Shown here in pieces: positions 18,689 to 26,850 of a stretch of 33,685 nt of DNA. The stretch lies in the sequence record SRR2962707_1510; one strand, written 5' to 3'. Both the position numbers and the translations under genes were made by a program. The first letter of the stretch is position 1, and every line of letters begins with the position of its first letter. The notes under the pieces were generated by a model, which was not told the DNA's origin, ran no database searches, and saw nothing but the letters and a program-made list of their open reading frames with translations.

Positions 18689-20769
18689 TGAACGATCTCG
18701 TACAGGCACTACTGAACCCCCGCGGGGTCGCCCTTGTCGGCGCCTCGGCGGATCCACGCAAGAACACCGGACGCCCGCAGCGGTTTCTCGACGCACACGG
18801 TTATAAAGGGACGGTCTATCCCGTGAACCCGGGCCGTGACGAGGTGCAGGGACTCCCAGCCTATAAAACCGTCGCCGACATCGAAGGCCCGTGCGATCAG
18901 GCCTTCATCATGGTGCCGGCGGATCATGTGATCGCAGCGGTCGAACAATGCGGCCGCGTCGGCGTCAAGGTGGCGACCATCTATTCCGACGGCTTTGCTG
19001 AAACCGGTGCAGCCGGACAGGCAAAACAGGAAGAATTGCTGAAAGTTGCCGCCAAAGCCGGGGTCAGAATTCTCGGCCCCAACAGCATGGGGGTGATCTG
19101 CCCGGCCAGTCATGTGACGCTGTCGGTGAATGCGGTTCTTGAAATGGACAATGTACCGGTTGGGCGCATGGCTTTGGTTTCGCAGTCGGGTACCATTCTC
19201 GGCACGTTGCTGTCACGTGGCGCTGCCCGGGGCATCGGGTTTTCGCGGATGCTGTCGGTCGGGAACGAAGCCGATATCGGCGTCGGGGAACTTGTCGACG
19301 TGCTGGTCGATGATCCTGAAACGGATGCCATTCTGCTGTTTCTCGAAGCGCTGCGCGATGCGCCGGTGCTGGCCCGTGCGGCACGCCGGGCCTATGACGC
19401 CGGCAAGCCGGTGATCGCCTACAAACTGGGAAGGTCCGGCGCCGGGCAGGCGGTGGCGCTGTCGCATTCCGGTGCACTGGCCGGCGAGGACAAGGCGATA
19501 GATGCGTTCTTCCGGGCCAACGGTATTGTCCGGGTCGAAACGCTTGAAACCCTGTTCGAAATGCCGCCCCTGATGATGGGGCAGAAGCCGCCGAAGGGGA
19601 AACGGGTCGGTGTCATGACCACGACCGGCGGCGGCGCGTCGACGGTGGTGGACCGGCTGGGCGTTGCCGGGCTGGACGTCATCCCGGCCCCCGATGCCGT
19701 GCATGAACGGCTCAGGGATTTCGATCTGACGATTGGACGCGGACCGCTGATCGATCTGACCATGGCCGGGACGCGGGAAGGCGTTTACGGCGCTGCGTTA
19801 ACGGCGCTGCTGGACAGCGGCGAATGTGATGCCGTGGTTTGTGTCGTCGGTTCCTCGGCACAATTTCACCCCGAACTTGCGGTGTCACCGATCGTCGACG
19901 TCGGCGGGAAAGCGAAGTTACCGGTGTGTGCGTTCATGGTCCCGCAGGCGGATGCGTCGCTCCGGCTTCTGGCCGATGCCGGGGTTGCGGCGTTCCGCAC
20001 ACCCGAAGCCTGCGCGGATGCCATGCGGGCTTTCTTCCAGTGGCAGGTGCCCGTTGCTACCGCCGCGCCTCGGGATGATGGCGGGGATGATAAACTCCCT
20101 CATCCTGAGGAAGGCCGCGGGCCTGTCTCGAAGGATGAGGCGGAATCTCTGGCCATGTTTGCAAATCTTGGCATTCCAGTCGCGAACCACGCCGTGATCG
20201 CAGACGGCGATGATGCACATACCCTGGCATATCCGCTGGCGGTCAAGGCGTTGTCCGCCGACCTGCCGCACAAGACGGAAGCCGGCGCCGTGAAACTCGG
20301 GATCGGTTCTTCAAAGGAACTGATGGCGGCCATACATGGGATCCGCGCGAATGTGGCGGCGCATAAACCGGGATTGAACCTGACCCGGTTCCTGATCGAG
20401 GAAATGGTCCGGGGCGTGGGCGAAGTTCTGATCGGATTTCGCATGGATCCGCAGGTCGGTCCCGTCGTCGTGCTGTCGCCGGGCGGCATACTTGCCGAAG
20501 TCTATGCAGACAGCGCCATTCGCATGGCGCCGGTCAGTCTGGAAGAGGCGCAGGGCATGATCGACGAGGTAAAGGGGCTGGCCCCGCTGAGGGGGTATCG
20601 CAACCTGCCAAAAGGTGATCTGGGTGCGCTGGCCGATGCAATCGTCAAAATCTCTTCGCTTGCCACTCTGGAAAAACCACCGTTGGATGCTGAAATAAAT
20701 CCGATGATCGTTGGTGCCGAAGGGCAGGGCGTATTCGCGGTCGACGGGCTGGTGATCGAGGAAATATAG
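18688..20769 (+). CDS. NDP-forming acyl-CoA synthetase (acetate-CoA ligase family; CoA-binding, ligase and ATP-grasp domains)
   Basis: VALVGAS, RILGPNSMG, SQSG, SVGNEAD, KLGRS...ALSHSGALAG (phospho-His), HKTEAGAV, EINP; TAATG coupling to the dehydrogenase. Confidence 0.92.
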   Translation: MNDLVQALLNPRGVALVGASADPRKNTGRPQRFLDAHGYKGTVYPVNPGRDEVQGLPAYKTVADIEGPCDQAFIMVPADHVIAAVEQCGRVGVKVATIYSDGFAETGAAGQAKQEELLKVAAKAGVRILGPNSMGVICPASHVTLSVNAVLEMDNVPVGRMALVSQSGTILGTLLSRGAARGIGFSRMLSVGNEADIGVGELVDVLVDDPETDAILLFLEALRDAPVLARAARRAYDAGKPVIAYKLGRSGAGQAVALSHSGALAGEDKAIDAFFRANGIVRVETLETLFEMPPLMMGQKPPKGKRVGVMTTTGGGASTVVDRLGVAGLDVIPAPDAVHERLRDFDLTIGRGPLIDLTMAGTREGVYGAALTALLDSGECDAVVCVVGSSAQFHPELAVSPIVDVGGKAKLPVCAFMVPQADASLRLLADAGVAAFRTPEACADAMRAFFQWQVPVATAAPRDDGGDDKLPHPEEGRGPVSKDEAESLAMFANLGIPVANHAVIADGDDAHTLAYPLAVKALSADLPHKTEAGAVKLGIGSSKELMAAIHGIRANVAAHKPGLNLTRFLIEEMVRGVGEVLIGFRMDPQVGPVVVLSPGGILAEVYADSAIRMAPVSLEEAQGMIDEVKGLAPLRGYRNLPKGDLGALADAIVKISSLATLEKPPLDAEINPMIVGAEGQGVFAVDGLVIEEI
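20098..20140. repeat. Palindromic REP-like element, in-frame copy inside the CoA ligase gene
   Basis: cctcatcct-gag-ga-aggcc-gcg-ggcct-gt-ctc-ga-aggatgagg: 9-bp perfect terminal inverted repeats; a close homolog lies at 20836-20877. Confidence 0.8.
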
Positions 20770-20777
20770 AGACATGG

Positions 20778-20877
20778 CTTCATCCTATGACCAGCGCGTC
20801 GCTTGCGTCTCTGGATGAGGGGATAAAAGTAGCTTCCTCATCCTGAGGAGGCCGACAGGCAGTCTCGAACGATGAGG
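20778..20877. repeat. Two intergenic copies of the same palindromic REP-like element
   Basis: Copy A 20778-20820 (cttcatcc...ggatgagg, degenerate) and copy B 20836-20877 (cctcatcctgaggaggccgacaggcagtctcgaacgatgagg), 15 bp apart. Confidence 0.8.
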
Positions 20878-20896
20878 CGGGGGGAGTGGTAAGCAA

Positions 20897-22147
20897 ATGA
20901 AACGTGTCGTTATTGTCATTTGTGATGGTCTTCGCGCCGATATGGTCGGCGAGGAATTCACGCCCAATCTGATGCGGATTGCCGCCTCCGGTGTGCACTG
21001 TGTCGGCCATGGCGGCGTCTTTCCGTCGACGACCAGAACCACGGCGGCATCGATTGCGACGGGGTGCCTGCCGAAAACGCACGGGCTGCAGGGCAATGCA
21101 ATCGCGCTGGATCACGGCGAGGGTCTCAAGGTCTATTCCGTCGGCCCGCCGCAATTCCGCGATCTGCTCTTTGAAGCCAAGGGCCGAACCCTCAAGGTGC
21201 CGACCATGTCGGAGCGGGTGAAGGATCAGGGCGGTGCGATAATCTATGCCAATGCATCCCCGGGCGCGGGCATATTTCTGGACCCCGACGGGCACGGCCA
21301 CATGATCCATCGCGATATGGCGACCGGACCGGGGCGTGTGACGCTCGAGCCGCATGGTGTCAGTCATGACGCCGCGGGTGATGCAGCGCTGGCGCAGCGC
21401 TTCATCGACGAGGTGCTGCACGACCGCAAACCGGCGGTCTCATTAATGTGGATGTGCGAACCGGATCATACGCAGCATGGTGTTGTCCTCGGTTCGCCGG
21501 CACACATCGACGTCGTGCGTGCGGCAGATGCGCAGGCCGGCCGGGTATTCGACAACATCCGCGCCGATATCGACAGTGGCGAGGTGCTGTTCATGGTGGC
21601 CTCCGATCATGGCCACGAAACGGTCCGCGAAATCGTCGATCTGGAAGACCTGCTGATCGAAGCCGGTCTCAAGGACGCGCCGGGATCAAGCGATGTCGCC
21701 ATCGCGCCACAAGGATTGAGCGCAACCATTTATCTCAGCGCAGACGCCAAGGGGCGCCGGGACGCCATTGCCGAATTCCTGCGGAAGGATGAGCGGATCG
21801 GTGCTGTCTATGCCGGTGACGAAATGGCGGAACTGGGACTGGACCCTGATGACGGGATTGATGTCGTCGCCGTCGGCAAGGCCGACAATTTATCCTTCGA
21901 TGGCAGTCTGCCGGGCAGCAGCATTGCCTTTCAGGGTGACATGAAGATTTCCAACAACGTCGGCTGTGGCCAGCATGGGGGGCTTGGCCTCTATGAGCAG
22001 CGTCCGTTCCTGATACTCGCCGGGGGCGGGTTCGCACCGGGGACGACAATCGGTGAAAAGACCTCGGCCATTGATATCGCCCCGACGGCGATGGCCCATC
22101 TTGGCCTTGCTGGCGATGACATGGACGGGCGGGCCTTGCAGGGGTGA
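20897..22147 (+). CDS. Alkaline-phosphatase superfamily hydrolase (nucleotide pyrophosphatase/phosphodiesterase-like)
   Basis: Metal and nucleophile motifs CDGLR, FPSTT, EPDHTQH, SDHG, QHGG, DIAPT; no signal peptide. Confidence 0.88.
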   Translation: MKRVVIVICDGLRADMVGEEFTPNLMRIAASGVHCVGHGGVFPSTTRTTAASIATGCLPKTHGLQGNAIALDHGEGLKVYSVGPPQFRDLLFEAKGRTLKVPTMSERVKDQGGAIIYANASPGAGIFLDPDGHGHMIHRDMATGPGRVTLEPHGVSHDAAGDAALAQRFIDEVLHDRKPAVSLMWMCEPDHTQHGVVLGSPAHIDVVRAADAQAGRVFDNIRADIDSGEVLFMVASDHGHETVREIVDLEDLLIEAGLKDAPGSSDVAIAPQGLSATIYLSADAKGRRDAIAEFLRKDERIGAVYAGDEMAELGLDPDDGIDVVAVGKADNLSFDGSLPGSSIAFQGDMKISNNVGCGQHGGLGLYEQRPFLILAGGGFAPGTTIGEKTSAIDIAPTAMAHLGLAGDDMDGRALQG

Positions 22148-23358
22148 GTGAATTTTCCGCGAACCGGATCGATCAAGGAAACCCCTGGCTGGGACGGCTA
22201 CCGGCGTTGATCTTCTCGCACGTGGTCGGCACCACCAACGTGGTTTCCGTGATGGCCATGGCGCCGGTCATTTCCATGGACCTGAATCTCAGTGCTGCCG
22301 AATTCGGCGCCTTTGTTTCCGCCTATTATGCAGCGCAGGCGACGGGCTCGATGCCGGCCGGTGCGATCACCGACCGCTTCGGGGTCGGCCGTACACTGGT
22401 GCTGGCACATTGCATGATGGCGATTGCCGCCGTCACGCTGGCGCTGGCCGTCGGCTATGTACAGTGTCTGGGCGCGATGTTCCTGATGGGGCTTGGGTAC
22501 TGTCTGACCAATCCGTCGACGGCACGTGGTGTGCTCGACTGGTTTCCCAAGGAGCGCCGCGGCACGGCGATGGGCCTGAAACAGGTCGGGGTGCCCATCG
22601 GCGGGGTCATCGCTGCCGGGAATGGCGCACTGGCAGCCTATGTGAACTGGCAGACCATCATGTGGGGGGTGGCGGCAATGATGGTGCTGAACGGCATCTA
22701 TTGCCTGATCCTGATTCGCTTTCATGTGCCGCTGCCGAAAGACCAGCGCAAAAGCATCATCGCCAATCTGGGCGATGTGCTGAAGGACCGCAATTTCAAC
22801 GTCTATGCCTTTCTCAACGGCTTGCTGAACGTCGGGCAGACCAACTTCTTCGGCTTTCTGACCCTGTTCCTGACATCGACGGCCAAGGCCAGTCAGGAAG
22901 TGGCGGGCATGTCCATCGGTCTGGCGCAGACCGCCAGCGCGTTTGCCCGGATCGGCTGGGGCGTGGTGTCCGACAAGTACTTCGTCGGCCGGCGTGGTAC
23001 GCTGGTGGCCTGGATCTGCGGTGCGGCGGCTTTGTTCCTGACCGCCATGGCGTTCATCGGCCCGGGACCGGGACTTTATATCGGGATCGGCCTGGCCATG
23101 GCGCTGGGGATCACCATCGCTTCGTTCGCACCTGTTGCCCAGGCGATCGTCGTTGAATCCGTCGAGCCCCGTCTGGCGGGCTCGGCAATCGGCGTGAACA
23201 TGGTCGGGGTCCACATCGGCGGCATGGCGGGACCGATCGTTTTCGGCTGGGTTGTCGATAACTGGGGCGGCTATGACGCGGCGTGGCTGGTGACGGCAGG
23301 GATCGTGCTCGTCGGTGTCGGGCTGCTTGTGTTCTGTTTCAAGGACGGTGGACGTTGA
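22144..23358 (+). CDS. MFS transporter
   Basis: About 12 hydrophobic helices, motif A GAITDRFGVGR, WFPKERRGTAMGLKQ. Confidence 0.92.
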   Translation: MSEFSANRIDQGNPWLGRLPALIFSHVVGTTNVVSVMAMAPVISMDLNLSAAEFGAFVSAYYAAQATGSMPAGAITDRFGVGRTLVLAHCMMAIAAVTLALAVGYVQCLGAMFLMGLGYCLTNPSTARGVLDWFPKERRGTAMGLKQVGVPIGGVIAAGNGALAAYVNWQTIMWGVAAMMVLNGIYCLILIRFHVPLPKDQRKSIIANLGDVLKDRNFNVYAFLNGLLNVGQTNFFGFLTLFLTSTAKASQEVAGMSIGLAQTASAFARIGWGVVSDKYFVGRRGTLVAWICGAAALFLTAMAFIGPGPGLYIGIGLAMALGITIASFAPVAQAIVVESVEPRLAGSAIGVNMVGVHIGGMAGPIVFGWVVDNWGGYDAAWLVTAGIVLVGVGLLVFCFKDGGR

Positions 23359-24581
23359 CCCCGGACACGCCGCCCGCGTCACCATCGCCCATGCCGACCG
23401 GTTTCAATCCCTGGCGTGCACGTATCTTTCTGCTGTCGCTGGTGCATACGGTGGGGACGTCTTGCTATCTCTCGATCATGGCCATGGCGCCGGTGATCCG
23501 AGGGGACCTTGCAATCTCGGCGGCGGAATTCGGCTTCTTCATGTCCGTTGTGTTCGGTGCACAGTTGCTGTTGGCACTGCCGAGCGGGGCCATCACCGAC
23601 CGCCTGGGGGTCGGCTGGACGTTGTTCGGCTCAATGATCCTGATGATGATCGGCACCATCCTGTTTGCCGTCTCGCCCGCCTTCATGCCGGCGCTGGCGG
23701 CGGCGTTTCTGATCGGTATCGGGTATTCGTTCGTCAATCCGGCGACGGCTAAGGGAGTGATGCACTGGTTCCCTGCCGAGTGGCGGGGCACCGCGATGGG
23801 ACTCAAGCAGCTGGGCGTACCGCTCGGCGGTGTGGTCGGTGCCGGCGGCGGTATCCTCGCGGCATACGTCGATTGGCGTATCGTGTTGTGGATCGCCTCG
23901 GCGATGACCTTCCTGACGGCGCTGGCATGGCTGCCCCTGACCCGCAGGCCGCATGCCGGGACCGGCGGCATGCGCCAGATCATCGCCGATCTCAAATCGG
24001 TCATTACCAACCGCAACATGAACGTCATTTGCGTCTCGGCAATTCTCTATAACACCGGACAATCGAACCTGTTTACCTACATGGCGCTGTTTCTGAAGGA
24101 CGCTGCGCAGGCCAGCCAGCCGGTCGCCGCCATGGGGGTCGCCTTTGCCCAGGGTGCCAGCGCGTTCGGTCGTGTCGGCTTTTCATATCTGTCTGATGTG
24201 TTCTTCGGGGGACGTCGCAAGGGCGTCACGGTGGCGGTGGTCTCGGCGGGGGCGCTGGTCTGCCTGGTGACGATCTTCGTCAATCCGGAGTGGCCGAACT
24301 GGGGGTTGATGCTTCTGGCCGTCGTCATGGGCGGCACGATTGCGTCCTATGCCGCGCTGGTGTTGTCGATGACCGCCGAAACGATGCCGCCGGAAATGAT
24401 CGGATCGGGGATCGGCTACAATGCCGTGGCGTGGTCGCTCGGGGGTGTCGTCGGGCCGCCGCTGTTCGGGCTGATCCTGGATATGAGCGCGAACAACTAC
24501 GGGCTCGCGTGGTCGATCATCGGCGCCGTGATGTTCATCGGCGCAATGATCATGTGGCGTGAATTCCGGGAGAACAAGTAA
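23355..24581 (+). CDS. MFS transporter (paralog of the upstream gene)
   Basis: GAITDRLGVG, WFPAEWRGTAMGLKQ. Start is TTG 23355 (TTGA overlap) or ATG 23391. Confidence 0.9.
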   Translation: MTPDTPPASPSPMPTGFNPWRARIFLLSLVHTVGTSCYLSIMAMAPVIRGDLAISAAEFGFFMSVVFGAQLLLALPSGAITDRLGVGWTLFGSMILMMIGTILFAVSPAFMPALAAAFLIGIGYSFVNPATAKGVMHWFPAEWRGTAMGLKQLGVPLGGVVGAGGGILAAYVDWRIVLWIASAMTFLTALAWLPLTRRPHAGTGGMRQIIADLKSVITNRNMNVICVSAILYNTGQSNLFTYMALFLKDAAQASQPVAAMGVAFAQGASAFGRVGFSYLSDVFFGGRRKGVTVAVVSAGALVCLVTIFVNPEWPNWGLMLLAVVMGGTIASYAALVLSMTAETMPPEMIGSGIGYNAVAWSLGGVVGPPLFGLILDMSANNYGLAWSIIGAVMFIGAMIMWREFRENK

Positions 24582-24589
24582 CGGCGCTG

Positions 24590-24632
24590 CACCCGTCCGG
24601 CGCGGGCGAGAGCCTCGCCGCGCCGCCGGGTG
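24590..24632. terminator. GC-rich stem-loop between convergent genes
   Basis: cacccg...cggcgcgggcgag-agc-ctcgccgcgccg...cgggtg; no U-tract on either side. Confidence 0.5.
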
Positions 24633-24645
24633 AACAGTGCAGGGC

Positions 24646-24939
24646 TTACTGAAGCAGGTCGACCTTGACGATGGACTTTTCTTCGATCAGGTCGCCGACG
24701 GCTGAATCATAGGCTTTGTAGTGCGGCGTTTCGCGGTGATAGTCGAGACTGCCGGCCTCGGTATACACCTCGAAGAAATGGATCGTCTGCGGGTCTTCCT
24801 GGTTCCGCATGACCCGGAACATATGGCAGTTCGGCTCGTCGCGGACGGCCGCCGTTGCGTTGACATGGGCGTGGGAAAGAAAGTCGTCGACCTTGCCGTC
24901 CTTGATTTTGACGGTGACGAAAATGGCAAATTTACTCAC
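24646..24939 (-). CDS. Putative quinol monooxygenase / LsrG-like ABM-family protein
   Basis: FAIFVTVKIK...DEPNCHMFRV...FFEVY...HRETPHY; GAGG RBS before the GTG start. Confidence 0.88.
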   Translation of the reverse strand: MSKFAIFVTVKIKDGKVDDFLSHAHVNATAAVRDEPNCHMFRVMRNQEDPQTIHFFEVYTEAGSLDYHRETPHYKAYDSAVGDLIEEKSIVKVDLLQ

Positions 24940-25061
24940 GTGTAACCTCCTCGGGATCGGTCTGAATGTAAAATCAATGTAATGACGATGGACCGTTCGC
25001 CCAAGACTTCGTAGAGTTCGACCGCAAAAAAAATAGAAAACCCATCTGGAGACCCCAACAA

Positions 25062-25550
25062 ATGACCGACCAAAATATCGTCAGATGCGCTGACATCTGT
25101 GACGACGTTCCCGAAGCGCAAGTCTGCGAACTGATGTTTTATGATTTCGCCAAGCGCCCCTGCTTCCATGGCGAGGCGGTGACGTTTTCGACCTATGAAG
25201 ACAACAAGGGCATCCTTGATATCATCCGCCGCGGCGGCAAGGGCAAGGTGCTCGTCATCGACGGCCGGGGGTCCATGCGCCGGGCACTGTGCGGCGGGAA
25301 CATCGCCACCGAGGCCTTCGAGCAGGGATGGGAAGGCATGATCTTCAATGCCGCGGTCCGTGACGTGCATGAATTCGCCGAGCTGGATTTCGGCGTGAAG
25401 GCTTTGAAAAGCACGGCGATGCGCCCTAGAACCGACGGTATCGGGCTGGCGGATGTGGAGCTGCGCTTCGGCGGGGTCGTGATCAATCCGGGCGATTACG
25501 TCTATGCCGATCTGGACGCCGTCATCGTCTGCAAGAAACCTGCACACTAA
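25062..25550 (+). CDS. rraA: RraA-family protein (RNase E regulator / HMG aldolase-oxaloacetate decarboxylase fold)
   Basis: D.CD, F.G...T...EDN, GKVLVIDGRGS.RRAL.GG, GW.G.....AVRD, PGDYVYADLD. Confidence 0.88.
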   Translation: MTDQNIVRCADICDDVPEAQVCELMFYDFAKRPCFHGEAVTFSTYEDNKGILDIIRRGGKGKVLVIDGRGSMRRALCGGNIATEAFEQGWEGMIFNAAVRDVHEFAELDFGVKALKSTAMRPRTDGIGLADVELRFGGVVINPGDYVYADLDAVIVCKKPAH

Positions 25551-25577
25551 AAAAACGTATCTGGGAGAGAAATCAAA

Positions 25578-26687
25578 ATGACTGATGGTCGTATCGTTGA
25601 CAGCGATGTCGAAAGCCGGTTTCCGGTTCTGCATAAATTCGTGCCGGCGGCACGTGAAAATCTCGATGACGGGGCGTGGGATTACCTGATCGGCGGCGCC
25701 GAGACGGAAACCACACAAAAGCGCAACCGCATGGCGCTGGACCGGCTGGCGTTCCGTCCGCGCGTGATGCGCGACGTGCGCAGCCTGAAATCGACGGCGT
25801 CGTTTCTGGGCCGCGATCTGACGCTGCCGGTGATCCTGGCGCCGATCGGATCATTGCAGCAGTTCAGCGAAACCGGCGGAGCAGGGGTTTCCCAGGCCGC
25901 CGGCCGGTTCGGTGCGATCCACATGCTGAGTTCGGTCTGCAAGCCGGGCCTGGAGGCCGTCGCGGAAGCGGCGCCGGACGCCGCGCGTATCTTCCAGCTT
26001 TATGTCCGCGGCGACGCCGCCTGGGTGGATGATCACATCGACCGGGCCATCGACAAGGGATACATGGCCTTCTGCTTCACCATCGACCTGGACTATTACG
26101 GCCGCCGGGAACGCGACAAGGCGAAAGGCTTTCTTTCTGTCGCCCGCCAGACACAGGCCGTGGGCGAGGAATACCAGCGTTCGTTCAACTGGGATGACTT
26201 CAAGCGAATCCGAGACAAGTACGATATTCCGCTGATCCTGAAAGGCATCGCCACCGCCGAGGATGCAGAGATCGCCGTCAAGGAAGGCTGCGATGCGATC
26301 TATGTGTCCAACCACGGCGGCCGGCAGCTCGATCATGGACGCGGCGGCGCGGCTGTCCTGCCCGAGGTTGTTCAGGCCGTCGACAAAAAGGCCAAGGTCA
26401 TTCTCGACGGCGGGGTCATGCGCGGCACTGATCTGGTCAAGGCGATGGCACTGGGTGCCGATGCTGTCGGGATCGGCCGCCTGCAGGGTCTGGCATTTGC
26501 CGCCGCCGGTATTGATGGCGTCGTACATATGCTGAACCTGCTTGAACAGGAAGTGCAGACCGTTCTCGGCAACCTCGGCGTGATCGGTTACGACGAACTG
26601 ACCCCGGCGCATGTGTTCCAGGAACTGGACGTGGTCAACATGCCGCACGCGGTGTCGGCGTTTCCGCTGCTGGAAGAGGGATATTAA
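25578..26687 (+). CDS. FMN-dependent alpha-hydroxy-acid oxidase/dehydrogenase
   Basis: WDYLIGGA, FRPRV, FQLY, GRRERD, LKGI, VSNHGGRQLD, DGGVMRGTDLVKAMALGA. Confidence 0.93.
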   Translation: MTDGRIVDSDVESRFPVLHKFVPAARENLDDGAWDYLIGGAETETTQKRNRMALDRLAFRPRVMRDVRSLKSTASFLGRDLTLPVILAPIGSLQQFSETGGAGVSQAAGRFGAIHMLSSVCKPGLEAVAEAAPDAARIFQLYVRGDAAWVDDHIDRAIDKGYMAFCFTIDLDYYGRRERDKAKGFLSVARQTQAVGEEYQRSFNWDDFKRIRDKYDIPLILKGIATAEDAEIAVKEGCDAIYVSNHGGRQLDHGRGGAAVLPEVVQAVDKKAKVILDGGVMRGTDLVKAMALGADAVGIGRLQGLAFAAAGIDGVVHMLNLLEQEVQTVLGNLGVIGYDELTPAHVFQELDVVNMPHAVSAFPLLEEGY

Positions 26688-26726
26688 AAAAAGCCGTCAT
26701 CCACATACAAACGAGGATGACGGCTT
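26686..26726 (-). terminator. Intrinsic terminator for the minus-strand CMD/dehydrogenase unit (possibly bidirectional)
   Basis: 12-bp perfect stem aagccgtcatcc (26691-26702) / ggatgacggctt (26715-26726); the A7 run at 26686-26692 gives a U-tail on the minus strand. Confidence 0.7.
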
Positions 26727-26742
26727 ATCAATCCTGAAAGAC

Positions 26743-26831
26743 CGTCGCCCTGAACTCGATTCAGGGCCCATAAACGGCGTTGGATTTCACACCGAAGCCG
26801 TTATGGGTCCCAAATCAAGTTTGGGACGACG
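26743..26831. repeat. Inverted doublet of CGTC-tagged palindromic repeats (REPIN-like)
   Basis: CGTC-gccctgaa-ctcga-ttcagggc-cca at left and tgg-gtcccaaa-tcaag-tttgggac-GACG at right; the spacer arms (aacggc/gccgtt) also pair. Confidence 0.8.
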
Positions 26832-26850
26832 ATTGTTTCCCTGATTTACC

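Noticed and set aside
20778-20877. Repeats as a mini CRISPR array
   Set aside because: Only two divergent units with a 15-bp gap, no spacer-length unique sequence and no cas genes.
20897-22147. Calling the hydrolase phnA (phosphonoacetate hydrolase)
   Set aside because: The nucleophile region FPSTTRTTAAS differs from the PSFTNPNN-type motif I recall for PhnA; only a superfamily call is supported.
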